From Camelus dromedarius (taxonomy: Eukaryota), in NCBI RefSeq assembly GCF_036321535.1, contig NC_087447.1, positions 33,792,001-33,856,000 on the forward strand: a DNA stretch of 64,000 bases, given 5' to 3'. The translations under genes and the position numbers were made by a program. The notes beneath the pieces were generated by a model that ran no database searches, was not told the origin of the DNA, and was given only the letters and a program-made list of their open reading frames with translations. This document shows, in pieces, positions 27,355 to 40,950 of this stretch (positions are counted from its first letter, which is position 1; every line of letters starts with the position of its first letter).

Positions 27355-29083
27355 CTGAAGATCATAGAGAAATCAGTGCGCTACTCAGAGGATGTTAACA
27401 CTGAGATAGAAATCCTGAATTCCTTGAAGTTTCTCTCTTGGAAACTCAGATTGCTAAAGCAAAATGTAGGCTGACAGCTACAGAATGACACTCGAGGCTT
27501 GCCACTAGTTTTGCAATATCTGTCTGACGCTCTCTATTTTTTTTTTTTTTTTTTTTTTACAGAGAAGGCCGCTGACCTGAACACCAGGTGGACTGAATTT
27601 GGAAATCCACAACTTCTCGTCAAACAACTATTATTACCTAGCCATTTGTGAATTGTCACCTCTTTTAAACTGCCTAAAGTTATTACAACCTCCAAACTAC
27701 ATACTACATCCAATCTAAATGAATTTAAATTAAAAAAAAAAAAAGACTTTCTGGAGGCAATGTCAGCTTATTTTCTGTCACCATCCCCTTAAACCATTTA
27801 AGCCTTAACTCATTTCTGAGGTTCTACTTGGTCTACCAGTCTTTTCTCCTGCTTACTCATTAATTACTTTTATCTTTTCAAATTGATTTTGGAGAACAAA
27901 AGGTATGGGGTAGCCTAAGGGGGAAGGGAAGCAACTCCAGCTAAAAAAGAATTCTGGACAGGAAAAACACTCAATTTCTCCTATTAAAATTGCATGACAC
28001 AATTTGAATGCAACAAAGCCATTTAGACTTTCCCCTGGAGCGCCCTATAATGAGATTTGCCTTCTGTCATGAAAATCAACAGCTCTATGCCTAATGCAGT
28101 GTTTTTCATTCTGCTGAGTCACCATCAAAGTCAGGTTGGCACTTGAGACAGTGCGACCCGCAGTGTACTAGGACAAACATTTTCCAGTGCTTTTGGAGGG
28201 CACACTGCTTGTGACTGTCCCTGGGACAGAAAAGACTGTACTGGCTGCTCAGTGGGAACATGACCCTTGCTCTCTAGGAGAGAGAATGTGCCGATTTCTG
28301 GGAGAGTTAAGCTTCTCCCAGGATAATCCACACTTCCCAGCACAGAGCTCAAAACCCAGATGTGTTTCCAAGGGCATATGGTAGAACTACAGAGGATTCG
28401 GAAATGCATCCCTACTGAAAGCATACATAGAATTATTCTTTGGAGCACCAGGGGGCCCAGAGAAATACATCTGAGCCTAACTCCTTGGTTGGTATAAACC
28501 AATAGTTCTTAACCATGCCCTCTCCTAAGGATTCTGATGCATGGGCCTGTTTAGAAACCTATGGTAAGCCCCCACGGCAGCATCGTGGTCCTAGGTGTTC
28601 AACAGACATCATTAACTCCAACAAGGAAATTCTGCCAGAGGGATAAACTATCATCAAGGTATAAATTAAATTAAGATGTACATAGTAAGAATTTCCCAGG
28701 ATCTACGTAGTAAGCTCTGATTTCTAACTATAGAGTAAAGTTTGACTTCTGGACAGAGGCCGACACACCATTTAGAACACCATTAAAAAGAAACTAAGAT
28801 GTGTGTTAGAACAGCTCTGCGTCAGTTAAAGCTGAATCACTGCTGGGGTTGCATCATTGCTAGAGGCTGAGTCATCACTGGAGATGAGCTGAATCATGCC
28901 TCTGTTCTGATGTTCTATCCCAGAAGTTTAAAGCTTGGCATGAAAATAGGTTAAAGCAAATCACTCAAGTGAGATAGAATGCGATAAGAACAATTTACAT
29001 TTAAGCACAGCAAGTGTAAAGCAAAGAGTGAGCAGAAAAGGAATCTTTGACATTACTGATCAGAAAAAAGGGAAGAGGGTCTA

Positions 29084-29203
<120 letters not shown>

Positions 29204-31031
29204 CTAGACAAAAAGGAAAACAGCCGTATATGACTTGATGTTATTAAAATTAAACAAAACAAAAAACAGACAAAAATGCCCCTCCAGAGTTAAAGAGTAA
29301 ATTTATGGTACATCACTAAAGAGTCTGCTCACTTAACATCAAATTTTTCAAGCTCATTTTCTCCCACGAAAAAGCAATGAATCTGAATTCAACATCAACA
29401 ATGTACTTATCCATCCACAATACACAACAATTGGACTAAGGGTGATGATCGCTAAAGTCAAGTTCAATTATAATTTTCTCTCTGGAAAAATAAAAGACCT
29501 GTGTCTCTATGACCAGGAGAAATACCAATGAGGTATAATGTGGGGGAAGGAAATGGTGTTTGGAAGCTCAAAAGCCTACGTTTGTGTCGTGGGCCTTGTA
29601 CTTACTTGGCATGTTGATTTTGGCCAAGTTATTTAACATACACCTCAGTTTCTTCCATCATTTGTGAGTGATAATCTTTCCTTCAGACTAAACCATGAAC
29701 CACCCAATTAGAATCAGCCAGCAGGTGCTTAATAAAAAGGCTTCTGAATAAAAATAAAATAACATTTTATTATTTACTATTGTATAATGTAAAAAATAAA
29801 AAATAAAAATAAAAATAAGAAATAAAAATAAAGACTCTGAATCAGAAACTGCACTTAATAAACAGCCTCAGTAATTCTCATGCGCACAGAAATTTAAGAA
29901 CCTCCCTCTAACCTCTTGTTTGTTGTGAAACTTCAAAAAAGAAAAGTGTGAGAAGTTCTTATCATCCAGGAGCTCAAATAAAATGCTGCCATCTCTCCCT
30001 ACCATCAACTCTTTCAAAAGCATTTTCCTGGCACCATCCATCATGCTGAAGAAAAGTATGTTTGCAAAAAGTGCTGGACCAAAAGAGGTGCCACCAAAAT
30101 TCAACTATCAAAGGCAAAACTCGATTTCAGTCTCTAATTACCAGAAGTACCTGGCACGTCCCATGAAGCCAGACGATGAAGACCACAGATAACCTGCCTA
30201 CGCCTGACCAAAGACATCAGGTTTGAACAGAAAAGTCCTGAGGGACCAAAGACATATGCAAAATGACCTGAACATGTTCCTGCAGAAGTCAAGAACATTT
30301 ATTTGTGAGATCATTTGTTATCTGAAATGTTTCACCTGTGAAACCTGTAGGACCAAGCTCCGGAGTTGTGGGGTCTCAGGATTACACTATAGTTTAATTG
30401 ACTGCAGTTCAGAAATAACTCAGTTTACAGGGAGAAAGGAATCTCCAGGAAGCTCAGGCTTCAAATATACAGGGGATTAGCACCAGACTGAAGTCTGGTC
30501 TATCAGTGGGTTAACCACCAACGTGCAAGTGACAGTAAAGGGACCATTCCGCTCGCAGACATAGCCTGCAGCCCTGAGAAGTCAGGCAGGGGAAATTTTT
30601 GCAGGTGAGTAACCCCACCTTTTAGGGCATAGACCTTTCCTGCTCCGCAAAGCATTTTCTGATTCACTGACATTAGTGTGGCATGCCCAGTAGAGGAAAT
30701 AAATAATGTCATGGGGGAAGTTGCCCAAGGTCACAGGGCTATCTCTAGAATCTAGCTTGAATGACCCTGAAGCAATGCTCTTCTCCGACTTCCGGTAGGC
30801 CCCACCTTATAGGGATCTAGATTAGAGAAAGGCTTTGTCCAATGCCTGGCAGTGAGGGGGAGGTCGAGCTGGACCAACAATCCAGGACTCAAAGCTCTCA
30901 GTAATCAGTCATGGCCACATTCTGAACACCTCTGGCCGCCTCCACCACTGGCAGGGCAATGTTCATCCCTGTAGCATAAAATATGCTCACCCTGCAGAAT
31001 CACTGCGGGTGTATTTTTGAGTTCCAGCTCA

Positions 31032-31292
<261 letters not shown>

Positions 31293-31379
31293 TTACCCCG
31301 AGAACAAGGGTTGTTTATTTGTTCTGGAGGAAGATACTGGTATTCTTAGCAGTATGGGTCCACGGGAAAGTGCAGAGTC

Positions 31380-31950
31380 ACCGGCAGGGCGGGGCACCCT
31401 GGCGGTTCCCCGCACCTGAGCAAACCCACAGCTTGGAAGGGGCTGGAACAGGGAATGCGCCAGGTGCCACAAACTGCTGGTACCTAGAGACCTCGTTCAC
31501 CCCACTGTATCCCCGATTCCGACCCCTCTCTCCTCTGCCCACAGGGGTGCGGGGCCCAGCTGGGTTCCCTGCGCGGAGGGGCTACCTGGAGCCGGCCCCC
31601 GGCCCCGCGTCCTCAGACCGCAGCAGGAGCAAGACGGCCACCAGCGCCGCCGCAGCCGCCGCCGCCGCCGCGCTCAGGGCTGCAGGCCGGGACATCCGGC
31701 CATCCCTCCTGCCCTCGCCCCCTGGTCCCCACGCCCGACTCCGCGGGGCCGCTCCAGGTCCGTGCCTACCCGACTTCTTCCGGGTGACTTCGCCGCCACG
31801 CTGCGCGCCCCGCCCAAAGGGGCGGGGCCTGGGGGAGGGCGCGCCCGGAGCAGAGGGTGCCTGGGCGCCGGGGAGGTGGGCCGCAGAGCACGTGCGCGGC
31901 GCCAGGCTCGGTGAGAAGCTTGGAGACCCCTTCCTAGATGCCGGGAACCT
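31380..31950 (-). promoter_or_regulatory. HTATIP2 CpG-island promoter
   Basis: High CpG/GC content, GC box GGGGCGGGGC ~31819-31829, E-box CACGTG ~31889-31894, (GCC)n tract. Confidence 0.88.
31586..31695 (-). CDS. HTATIP2: HTATIP2 upstream exon encoding an in-frame 37-aa N-terminal extension (MSRPAALSAAAAAAAAALVAVLLLLRSEDAGPGAGSS), giving a 279-aa long isoform
   Basis: ATG at 31695, GT donor at 31585. 110 nt plus the single C at 31236 keeps frame with MAESE. Resembles the recalled N-terminus of the long human HTATIP2 isoform (MAGPAALSAAAAAALAAALLLLRREDPGPGAGPS). Confidence 0.72.
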
Positions 31951-32821
31951 CCAGGACCCTCTCCCCGGCCTTCTCCCTCACCACCTGGGCTGAGTTCGCC
32001 CATATCCAAGGTCAATAGACTTGACCCTCGTTGGTCCCTTTCTAAAACCTATAATGTGAATTGTGTGTTGCACATCTTCATCTTGAATTCACCACATCAC
32101 AGCTTCCTATCCGACCACCCCAAACTGGAGTAAAACCAATCTACTCCTTGGCTCTCTTGTGCATCATTGTCCCCATTCATTGGCACACTCCTCACCCTCC
32201 CCTCTCAAGTCAGAAATTCAGACGGTCCCCATTGACTACTTTCTCCTGGCCTTTCCACAGTCTAGATTAGTCACCAAGATCTGTCATCCTGTTTGTCTTT
32301 CAATCATTTCTCTCATATAATTCGGCCTCTCACCTTATCTCACCAGTACAACTGGTTTCCCTGCTCAGTCTTAAGATGGTCGAGCCAGGGTGCTCTTCCA
32401 TACCCGATCCCCTGCCTGCCTGCCAAGTCCAGATTAGACATTACCTCTCACTTAGATGAGGTTTCTTCATTTATCTTGGCCTCCATTTTCTTATCTGTGA
32501 ATGAGAACTATTTTATTATGTTCACTTTACTCCAAGGAACAGAGACTCACTCATGCTAACTTGAGTAAAGGCAGTGAATAGTGTAAGGATACACGCACTA
32601 TGTAAGGGAAACAGAATCTCAGAGAAATCTAAAAATCAGATCTGCTGTAGGATACAGCCTCATGGAGACGAACTGGAAGATAGTTCTGTATTTAGGTCAA
32701 ATGTAGGTCTTTAGGATCAGAGATCCACACGTCTTCTCTTTGGAGCCAAATGTTTAGTTACACCTTAATTAAGACTTTCTGTTTCAAACAATTGAAACAC
32801 CAACTCAGAATGTTTTAGGTG

Positions 32822-32889
32822 AAAGAAAAAAAGAGAGAGAAAGAGAGAGAGAGAAAGAAAGGAAGAAAGGGAGGGAGGGAAAGGAAAGA
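32822..32889. repeat. Purine-rich (GA)n/(GAAA)/(GGGA) low-complexity repeat
   Basis: Direct inspection. Confidence 0.85.
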
Positions 32890-33378
32890 TACTGGCTCAT
32901 CTAACTGGAAAAAATCAGTGCGTTTAACAGCTTAAGGTGGCTGGAGTCAGGCAGTCAGCCACTGGGGCCAGGACTCAATCCTTCTACCTCCTTTGGCTCT
33001 GCTCTCCTTCATATCGGTCTTACTCTCAGACCCAAAAAAGATGATTCAAAAGCTGTGAGCAGCTCCAGCCTGTTACCCTGTTTTAGTCAGGGTCAAAGAT
33101 AAGAAACATTTGGCACTCAAAGTGGGTAATCTAAGGAAAGGGTACTAAATGGGTGATATTTCAAAGAGCAAACTGGGAGAAGAGATAGGTTATCAAAACT
33201 TAGAGAGGGCTTGTCTTACAGGACCTGTGACCTTCAGTAAAGGAACACAGCCAGTCTGCAGAAACCCCAGAGAGGAGGAGTTGGGGGAATAATAGCCCAG
33301 CCTCCCTTTTCTGCCTTTCTTAATCTCCTGATGGTCCTCCTAATTAGCTGATGTCAACTAGACGTCAGAAAGAGGTTA

Positions 33379-33632
33379 TATTCTTTGCTATGTCTGCGTG
33401 TCTATTTCTGTTTTGTAGATGATTTCATGTTGTCTTTTTTCTTTTTTTAAGATTCCACGTATGAGTGATATCATATGGTATTTTTCTCTCTCTTTCTGAC
33501 TTACTTCACTTAGAATGGCTATCTCTAGGTCCACCCATGTTGCTGCAAATGGCATTATTTTATTCTTTTTATGGCTGAGTAGTATTCCATTGTATATTGT
33601 AACTGACTGTACTTCAATTAAAAAAGAAGAAT
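33379..33632. mobile_element. LINE-1 insertion with 5' inversion
   Basis: Antisense L1 ORF2-end/3'UTR (33379-33596), then a sense L1 terminus with A-tail (33597-33632). TSD GAAAGAGGTTA at 33368-33378 and 33633-33643. Confidence 0.8.
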
Positions 33633-36600
33633 GAAAGAGGTTAGATTGTACAGATTGTGCAGACCTGTTTTCTTCAGGACATAGAACAGGAGATTACTCA
33701 AGATATCGGTGCATCCTCCCAGTTTAAGTCCAGTAAGAAAGGGCACAATTGTAAGCAGGAGTCCCCAGCTGTGTCTCCTCAGTTCTGACCTTCCTGACCA
33801 TCACTGTAGCCAGAGGAATGACACTTACATGGGGCCAACTCCTCCCACGTGTCTGAGAGTAGAGGAGGAGGTTGTACACCTCCAAAAAAGTAGAAGTCAC
33901 TATTGAAAAAAGAAAGAATAATGGATTTAAACAGTGTCTAAAGTGATCATACTTCCTCCTCATTTATTATCCTATTTATTCATAAATCTGTATGCTGGAT
34001 TTTTTTTGGGTTTTTTGGGGGGGCAAAGAAGAACTATAAATAAATGTAGCATGACTAAGATATTTGGTGGGGGACAAAGCATTTGGCTTTGGTAGAGGTG
34101 GGTGTTTGGAAGAAAATTTTGCAATATTCCCTTGTCATAGAACAAATACAACCATGAACTGTATTCAGCAATTTCAGTAGCTGATTTAGTACAGCTATCA
34201 TATTCTTGACAGTAATTTTTTTCCCTTTTGAGAGTTTTGGGAGTGGAGAGATGCTGGCATATGTGCCTACATGTTTGCTGCTTCTGTGCTAATTTTTTTT
34301 TCTTTTACAGATGGAGAAACTAAGTCATATATCTGTTAAATATGTGATCTAAGATCATAGAATTAAACTTTGATGCCAGTCCAGGAACCTGGATATCCAG
34401 ACCAATGACAAAATATTTAGTGATATCAGTGCAAGTCTAGACTCATTTTCAGGAAAACCTAGCTCCTCTAGTTTTTACCTGATGGGCCTGTCATTGTTGT
34501 ATTATTCAGGTTCCTTAGCATTTTTGAGTGTGTCCTCTCACTGATCTATGCTGAAGGAATAACCTATGCAAAGGCACTGTGGTGGGTGGGAGTATGGCTG
34601 GTTTTAAGAGGCCAAAACACCAGTATGGCTGAACTAGAGGGATAAATGCATTGGGCAAGGGTTGGGGAGAGCACACTGGACAGGCAGGTTGGGGCCAATA
34701 TGTACCTGACCTCATAAAATAATGATTTTATAATATTATTTAATTTTAATTTTTTAAATTTCAGTAAACTTGATTTCTTTTCATTGTATTTTTAATGGTT
34801 TTCTTCTAGTTAAGGTAGCTGCATATTACCTTAATTACTATTAATACATTTATCAGTCCTTATTACTATTAATTCGTTTAGTAAGGTGTGTAAGAGTGAG
34901 GGCATTTAAAAAAAATAGTAAGCACAGGGGAGTGTAGAGTACACATAGGATATGATGAATTCATGAAGGTAACATTTGAGTGAGGAAAGTCTGCGAAACT
35001 CTAGGGTACTGGGCATTTTTCTTTTGCCCCTTCAGATCCACTTTCAATCCTCTGCACCCTTCTCTGTGACCCCAAAGCAGACCTCTAAGGGAGACTGTAT
35101 CACCCAGTCTCCCTTATCCTCTAGTTTCTAGTTGGATTTGGCCAACAGAAAGCACTGATTGGATCTAAAAAGGAAAAGAATGTGAGATTAGGGTCTTTAT
35201 TCTACATCCCTCTCTGTGGGGTGGCTGCGGGTTGGTCCTCTACCAAAGGGCACAACTCCTGTTCGACAGTCCCCTCAGAGATACAGGTACTCTCTACCAG
35301 CCACACCCTTTCAGATGTAGGTGTGGTAATGCCACCGGGCTGTTGCCAGAATTGGGACCCAGCAGCATTCCTTGCTGGGTTTTCTTTAACACTCCATGCC
35401 TGGGTAAATCTCTTGTTAAATCGTCTTCCATTCTCCACTTGAACACTCTACGTTTTCCTGCCAGAACCCTGATGTGATGGAAAGCATGAACTTTGAAATC
35501 AAAAAGAAGTAGATCTGAACCTTGACCAGCCACTTGACAGCTGTGTGACCTTGGGCAAGTCTGAGTAGGTAAGTACAGTATACCTCAGCCCAGGAAGACT
35601 GGACACTGGGAGGTCAGGCAGCCCCCCTCTCTCACGACGACAGCCCCAGCTCTTGGGGCAGTTTTAACACTTAGTTGGTACTCAAGAAAAACTTTCGTGT
35701 GGATGGATTTCATCTTTTACGTGACCTAGAAGGAGAGTGAGAAGTCAACTTGTCAACCATTCCTATTTTACAGATGACAGTAATATTATTTTATGATGGG
35801 AAAGCACTTTGTTGACTTGTAAGTCCTCTGGCAGTGACCGGCAGTTCTGGCTACATATTAACATCTTCTGAAGCTTTAGAAAGATAAAGATGCCTGGTCT
35901 TTGCCCTAGACCTGCTGAATCAGGATCAGTAGTTTTAAAAGCTCCTTAGATGATTCTGCCGCGCAAAGGAGAAATTCACCCCAGTGGAATGTGTTATTAG
36001 GATCTATTTCCTAACAGTATCCATTAGGAGACCATATAGCAGCCTGAAGCAACCCCGGCTTCACTTCTTTTTGTAAAAGTACTTACATAGCACTTAATAC
36101 ATGCCAAGGACCATTAACACAGTCAACACTCACAATATCCTGCTGAAGCAGGAATTATTATCCCTATAGATTAGGAAACTGAGGCACAGAGAGGTTAAGC
36201 AGCTCACCAAAAGTCACCCAATATGAAAGTGGTAGCGCCAGCATTGGAACTGCCGTCTTCTGGCTCAAACCACTGCAGCAAACAGATTCTCTCAAAGCTA
36301 CAGTGTCTCTCGAAGCATGTAACTGCTCTACCCCTCAGTGTTCTTATCTGTAAAGGGAAGATGATCACATTACGTCCTTCCTAGGGGACTTGTGAAAATT
36401 AAGATTCTGCCTGTAATGCACTCAGCAATGTATTTAGTACCTACTAAGCATTAAATGAAAGTCAGCCATTATTATTAATACTTTTATCACTGATTCTTCA
36501 ATGTCATGGAAATATAATGCAGGTTCCAGCTCAAGCCGGAACTATCTGAGCCTGTTTATCTAGCTGATAGAGCAGGACACCTGGTTCAGGGCAAGGTGGA

Positions 36601-37251
36601 ATCTGGCACTTGCATTTACCTTCTGAGCTTGTTTCTTTCCAGCGGTCGCACGTCAGAGTCCCACGGTGTAGGGGGAAAAGCTAAAAGACCCTTGTCACTC
36701 GAGAGCAAACGAAACCTCTGCAAGACGTTGAAGAAGCAGAACTGCTTTACGGGGCCTTTTAAGTAAAGGCAAAGTGAAAGAAGAGTGGATATACTTCCCT
36801 CTCCCAAAGAGAACTTCCTGCAGCTGGAACTTCTTAAGGAAATCAGAACCTTGATCCTGAGGATAGGAGAGGGTGTGGGGATGAAGAGAGAGAGAGAGAG
36901 AGACAGGGAGAGCAGTCTTGCCAGATAACACACGTGACACATATTTCCCCAAAACACGCAAAGGCATTTTCAGAGGTTTTTGTTAAGTCTCTAGGAATAA
37001 GAGGGGGAGGAAATTCAAACTGATGAGGTAAATCACAGCCCAGAGGAACTTAGGGAAACCCAGCTTACATAATATTTTACAACTTCTGACGCAGGCACTG
37101 ATTAGAGTAACATGCAGAGGAGAGGGGAAAGTATAATCTGTAAGTATGTGTGTGTTTGTGTGTGTGTTCCGTTGGTGTACAACATAGAAAGTACATTCAG
37201 AGCGTTTCGCCTCTCTTAACTCCCTGAAGCATCGGCACTCTCGATTAGTTT

Positions 37252-37270
37252 CTGCCACAAGATGGCGCCA
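37252..37270 (+). promoter_or_regulatory. Candidate CTCF site with overlapping YY1-like motif
   Basis: CTGCCACAAGATGGCGCCA matches the CTCF core and contains AAGATGGCG. Lies in a locally CpG-retaining, non-repeat segment. Confidence 0.55.
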
Positions 37271-38091
37271 GAGAAAGTGTAAATGATTGCTTTCCTGGGA
37301 ACCGTTCAGGGACAGAAAATCCTCTGCGACCTTTTATATTAGGATGCTTACTATGAGTTCTCTTGATTTTTCAAAAATGAAATGACTATGTGCATAAGTT
37401 TACTGGCTGATACTTTGGGAAGAGCTGGGTAATTCACAAATGAAAATGCTAAAATAAGTAAGCACTCCTGGAGAATGCAGAGGGTTAAGGAGAAAACTAA
37501 TGATGAATTAATTCACTTGTCAAACATTAGTTGCTGTCTGTGTGCCTGCTAGTTAGATGCTGTTGGTACAAAGCTAAATGAACCCACAATTTTCATTGAC
37601 TTCATCAGTAACATCAGAAACCAAAAATTTCATAACACTTTTTTTTTTCTTATTTGAAACTCTTCTTATCTTCACCTATTCATGTCTTCAGAGGAAGTCT
37701 GCGCAATTGTTCAGCACAAAGGCTTTGGAGTAAGAGAGTGGGTTCAATCTCCATTTCTGCCATTTTCTAGCTGTTACCCACCCTAGTGCCCTAGTTTCCT
37801 CGTTTGTAAAATGGGATGATTATACTACCTACCTTGTTGGGTGTTGTGACGATTAAATGAGATAATCCACACAGAGTGCTTGGAACCATGTCATATTTAA
37901 GAGTTTGGTGTTTATTAATTCTTATTCAGACACTACCCATCCTTTGGAGTCCAGGTAAAATTGTAGATAGAGAGATTGAGTGCTAAGGCACTGTTTGATT
38001 ATAATTATGTTGGCCAATAAATTCTGTTTTGTTTCAGTCATTTGCAACTTAAAGCATCCTGACTGATACAGCAGTTATATTGATTAATATC

Positions 38092-38093
<2 letters not shown>

Positions 38094-38135
<42 letters not shown>
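38094..38135. repeat. (TG)21 microsatellite
   Basis: Perfect dinucleotide run next to a SINE tail. Confidence 0.95.
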
Positions 38136-38138
<3 letters not shown>

Positions 38139-38140
38139 AA

Positions 38141-38281
38141 CTTTTGTGTGTGGAGGGGGGTAATTAGGTTTATTCATTTAAAAATTTTTATTTAAAAAAA
38201 TTTTTAACAGAAGTACTGGGGATTGAACCCAAGACCTCGTGCATGCTAAGCATGTGCTCTACCACTGAGCTATACCCTCCT
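38141..38281 (-). mobile_element. tRNA-Ala-derived SINE (Vic-1-like)
   Basis: GTACTGGGGATTGAACCC...GCATGCTAAGCATGTGCTCTACCACTGAGCTATACCC, with the GGGGGGTAATTAGGTTTATT tail motif. Confidence 0.9.
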
Positions 38282-40862
38282 TTCTTTAATTTCTTAATCT
38301 GTGACAGCTACTGGGCTAAATGCTTTCTGTATCTTAGTTGTCTTTTAATCTTCATGATAGTTCTATGAAGTAGGGATGAGATAGATACTAATATTCCCAT
38401 TTACCAGATGAGGAAACTGAGAGTAAAAACCAATAGGTAATACATTTAAGATCACACAGCTAATAAATGGAAGAATCAAGTTCTAAATCCATTTATAGTC
38501 TTACTCATTATAAAACTGATATCTCCCCAAATGACATGCATATCCCTGGTATAACACACATTTAAAAAGTATGACCTCAGTCATTTGTGGCTCCCTGTGA
38601 CAGGGATACATTTCCACACCACTTGGACCCTCACTGACTTCTCCTTTCCCTGAGTATTGGTCAAGGTCACTATAATCAGAACCATCAGACTCATCCTGCA
38701 ATTACCTACCATGCTATGCTACTTACTATCTTACTAGAATGACCATTCTATGAAGGCAGGACTTTGTTTTCCTCACTGTTATATCTTCAACACCTAGGGT
38801 GGTTCCTGACACAGTATAGGCACTAAATAACCATTTGCTAAATGAATGAATGAACAAATGTGGGTTGGCTTTCCTTGAACACATTGGACAACTGGAGAGC
38901 AGACTACTTGAGAACACTACACACTTGATCACATTGGTCAAAAATCCTTGTTTCTTCCACATAGTCAAATTGTAGGGGGTAAACACCCTCCCCCCACACC
39001 CACATCCACACATTAACTGATAGATATATCAACTCTACCCTTAAAATGAGCTCGTTTCCCTCGGGTTCCACAGCAGGATTCTGTGAGTGCCTGGTTAGTA
39101 CACCGAAACTGAGTGTGAATGTTCCGAAACTCTGTTCTAGGCTCCATCCCTGGCGGCAAGGCAGGATGTACATTCTTGGCACTGTGGTGATGGAATTGGC
39201 CCCAGCATAGAGCCAAAAAATCTGGGGTCTCTTTGTAGCTTTGCCAAATTGTGAGCCATGTGACCTTGGACAAATCCTTTAGCATCACTGAAACTTCATC
39301 TCCTTAAGTGTAAAATAGAAATAATCTCCCAGCTTTTTGTGAGGATCAAATTACATTATAATGAAAACAGTAAAAAAGTCAAGCAAGATATATAAGGGAA
39401 GACAAAACTGAATTCATATATTTCTAGGTAAAGGAGGTTTTAAAAAATCTCATTTTGATGACTGAATTCCTTACACTGATTGGCTTGTGTGGATAACGTA
39501 GGGTTTGGCCGAATGTAAATTGAAATAATTTGTCCAAACATGATTTGGAAGAAAGTAGTTTGGTTGAAATTAAATTGGCTCAGTGGACAATTTGGTCAAA
39601 ATAATAGTTTGAGGAAAACAATTTTCCCGATTACTGGTTTTACAAAAGGTTATTTTAGTTAAGTCTGGGGAGTCTGTTTCCATCGGTTGGCATTTTTGTC
39701 ACTTTAAGGAATTTCTCAGAGTTTCTTCTTTCTGTTTAAAGTCATTTTAAGGAAGCCTAGAGTTGGGTTTTTCATCAATTTGGCCATTTGTCAATTGTGT
39801 TTCCTCTTAGGAGCTCTGGTTTACATTGATTAATTATTTATAACTGGGAATTCATAATTGACTAATTATAAAAATGACTTACCAGAACACAGTCAACTTC
39901 TCAGCTCAGTAAATATTGCAGTTTCCCTTTCAAACATTTGGGCTCTTGGAAACTGGCGGCTTTGCGGTCTTTTTACCACTTTTATGCAATTTACTGTTAA
40001 GAGAGAGCAATGAAGGGGAGAAAATCTTGAGTGCAGAGCAGGAAGCATTCAGGATTCCAGTGTGGACAAAGACACCATTATCTGCTAAGAGCCTTCTAAA
40101 ACCTCAATTTAAATTTAAAACTAGCGGGCAAACTCAACTGTGGATGTGAAAGAGGGAAGAAAGGGTGGGAGGAAGGCGGTGAGGTGTTCATCAACTTGAT
40201 GCTGTAAACTTGGTCGAAAGCACCAGAGGGCAGTGCAGTGCTAAATATCTCTGCACCGACGGCTTGAAATATCTCTTACACCGACTTGCATCTAAACATG
40301 ACATTAAGGAAAGAAAAAAGTCAAACTCATAGAAACAGAAAGTGAAATGGTGTCTGTCAGGGGCTGGAAGGAGGGAAAAATGGGAAAAGTTAGTAAAAGG
40401 GTACAAGCTTTCCGTAAAAAAAAAAAATGATGGCTCAGGACACAGGATTGTGGGGAGGGTTATTTATGTAGATGTCCGGGAGTGCCGGGGACGTAATAGT
40501 TGCAGTGTAACAAATGATTATTATGGCCAAATTTTATTTCATAGTACTTACTATTTCTGACCCAGATAAGAAATGCACAATCTGATTACAACAGCAGACA
40601 GGTCACTTTCATCCTCATCCTGGGTGAAAAGTGTAATTAGCTTAGCCCTGCCACACTCATTCTCATGCTGAAAAGCTACTTAATGGCTCTGAAGATCAGT
40701 ATAAAATAACTCATTCAAACATAGATATTAGAGTTCTTGCAGAGCCCCAGCAGATGAAAATGTCCTATTCTGTGTTAAGATGGTATTAAAGAAAGGTTTC
40801 TGAGTACAGCTCAGCAAGCCAAGAATTTCTAATCCAGTTTTTCTTGTCAATCCCAATACCTG

Positions 40863-40950
40863 TGCATGTATAACTGAGAAATTGTGCTCTTCACTGAAAT
40901 TTGACACAACATTGTAAAATGATTATAAATCAATAAAAAATGTTTAAAAA
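40863..40950 (+). mobile_element. Severely truncated young L1 3' tail
   Basis: Near-identical to the end of the 4657-5142 L1. TSD AATCCCAATACCTG at 40849-40862 and 40951-40964. Confidence 0.9.

Noticed and set aside
27537..27558. Long T-run as a retro-insertion tail or alternative HTATIP2 3' end
   Set aside because: No TSD or element body recognised; treated as a simple homopolymer.
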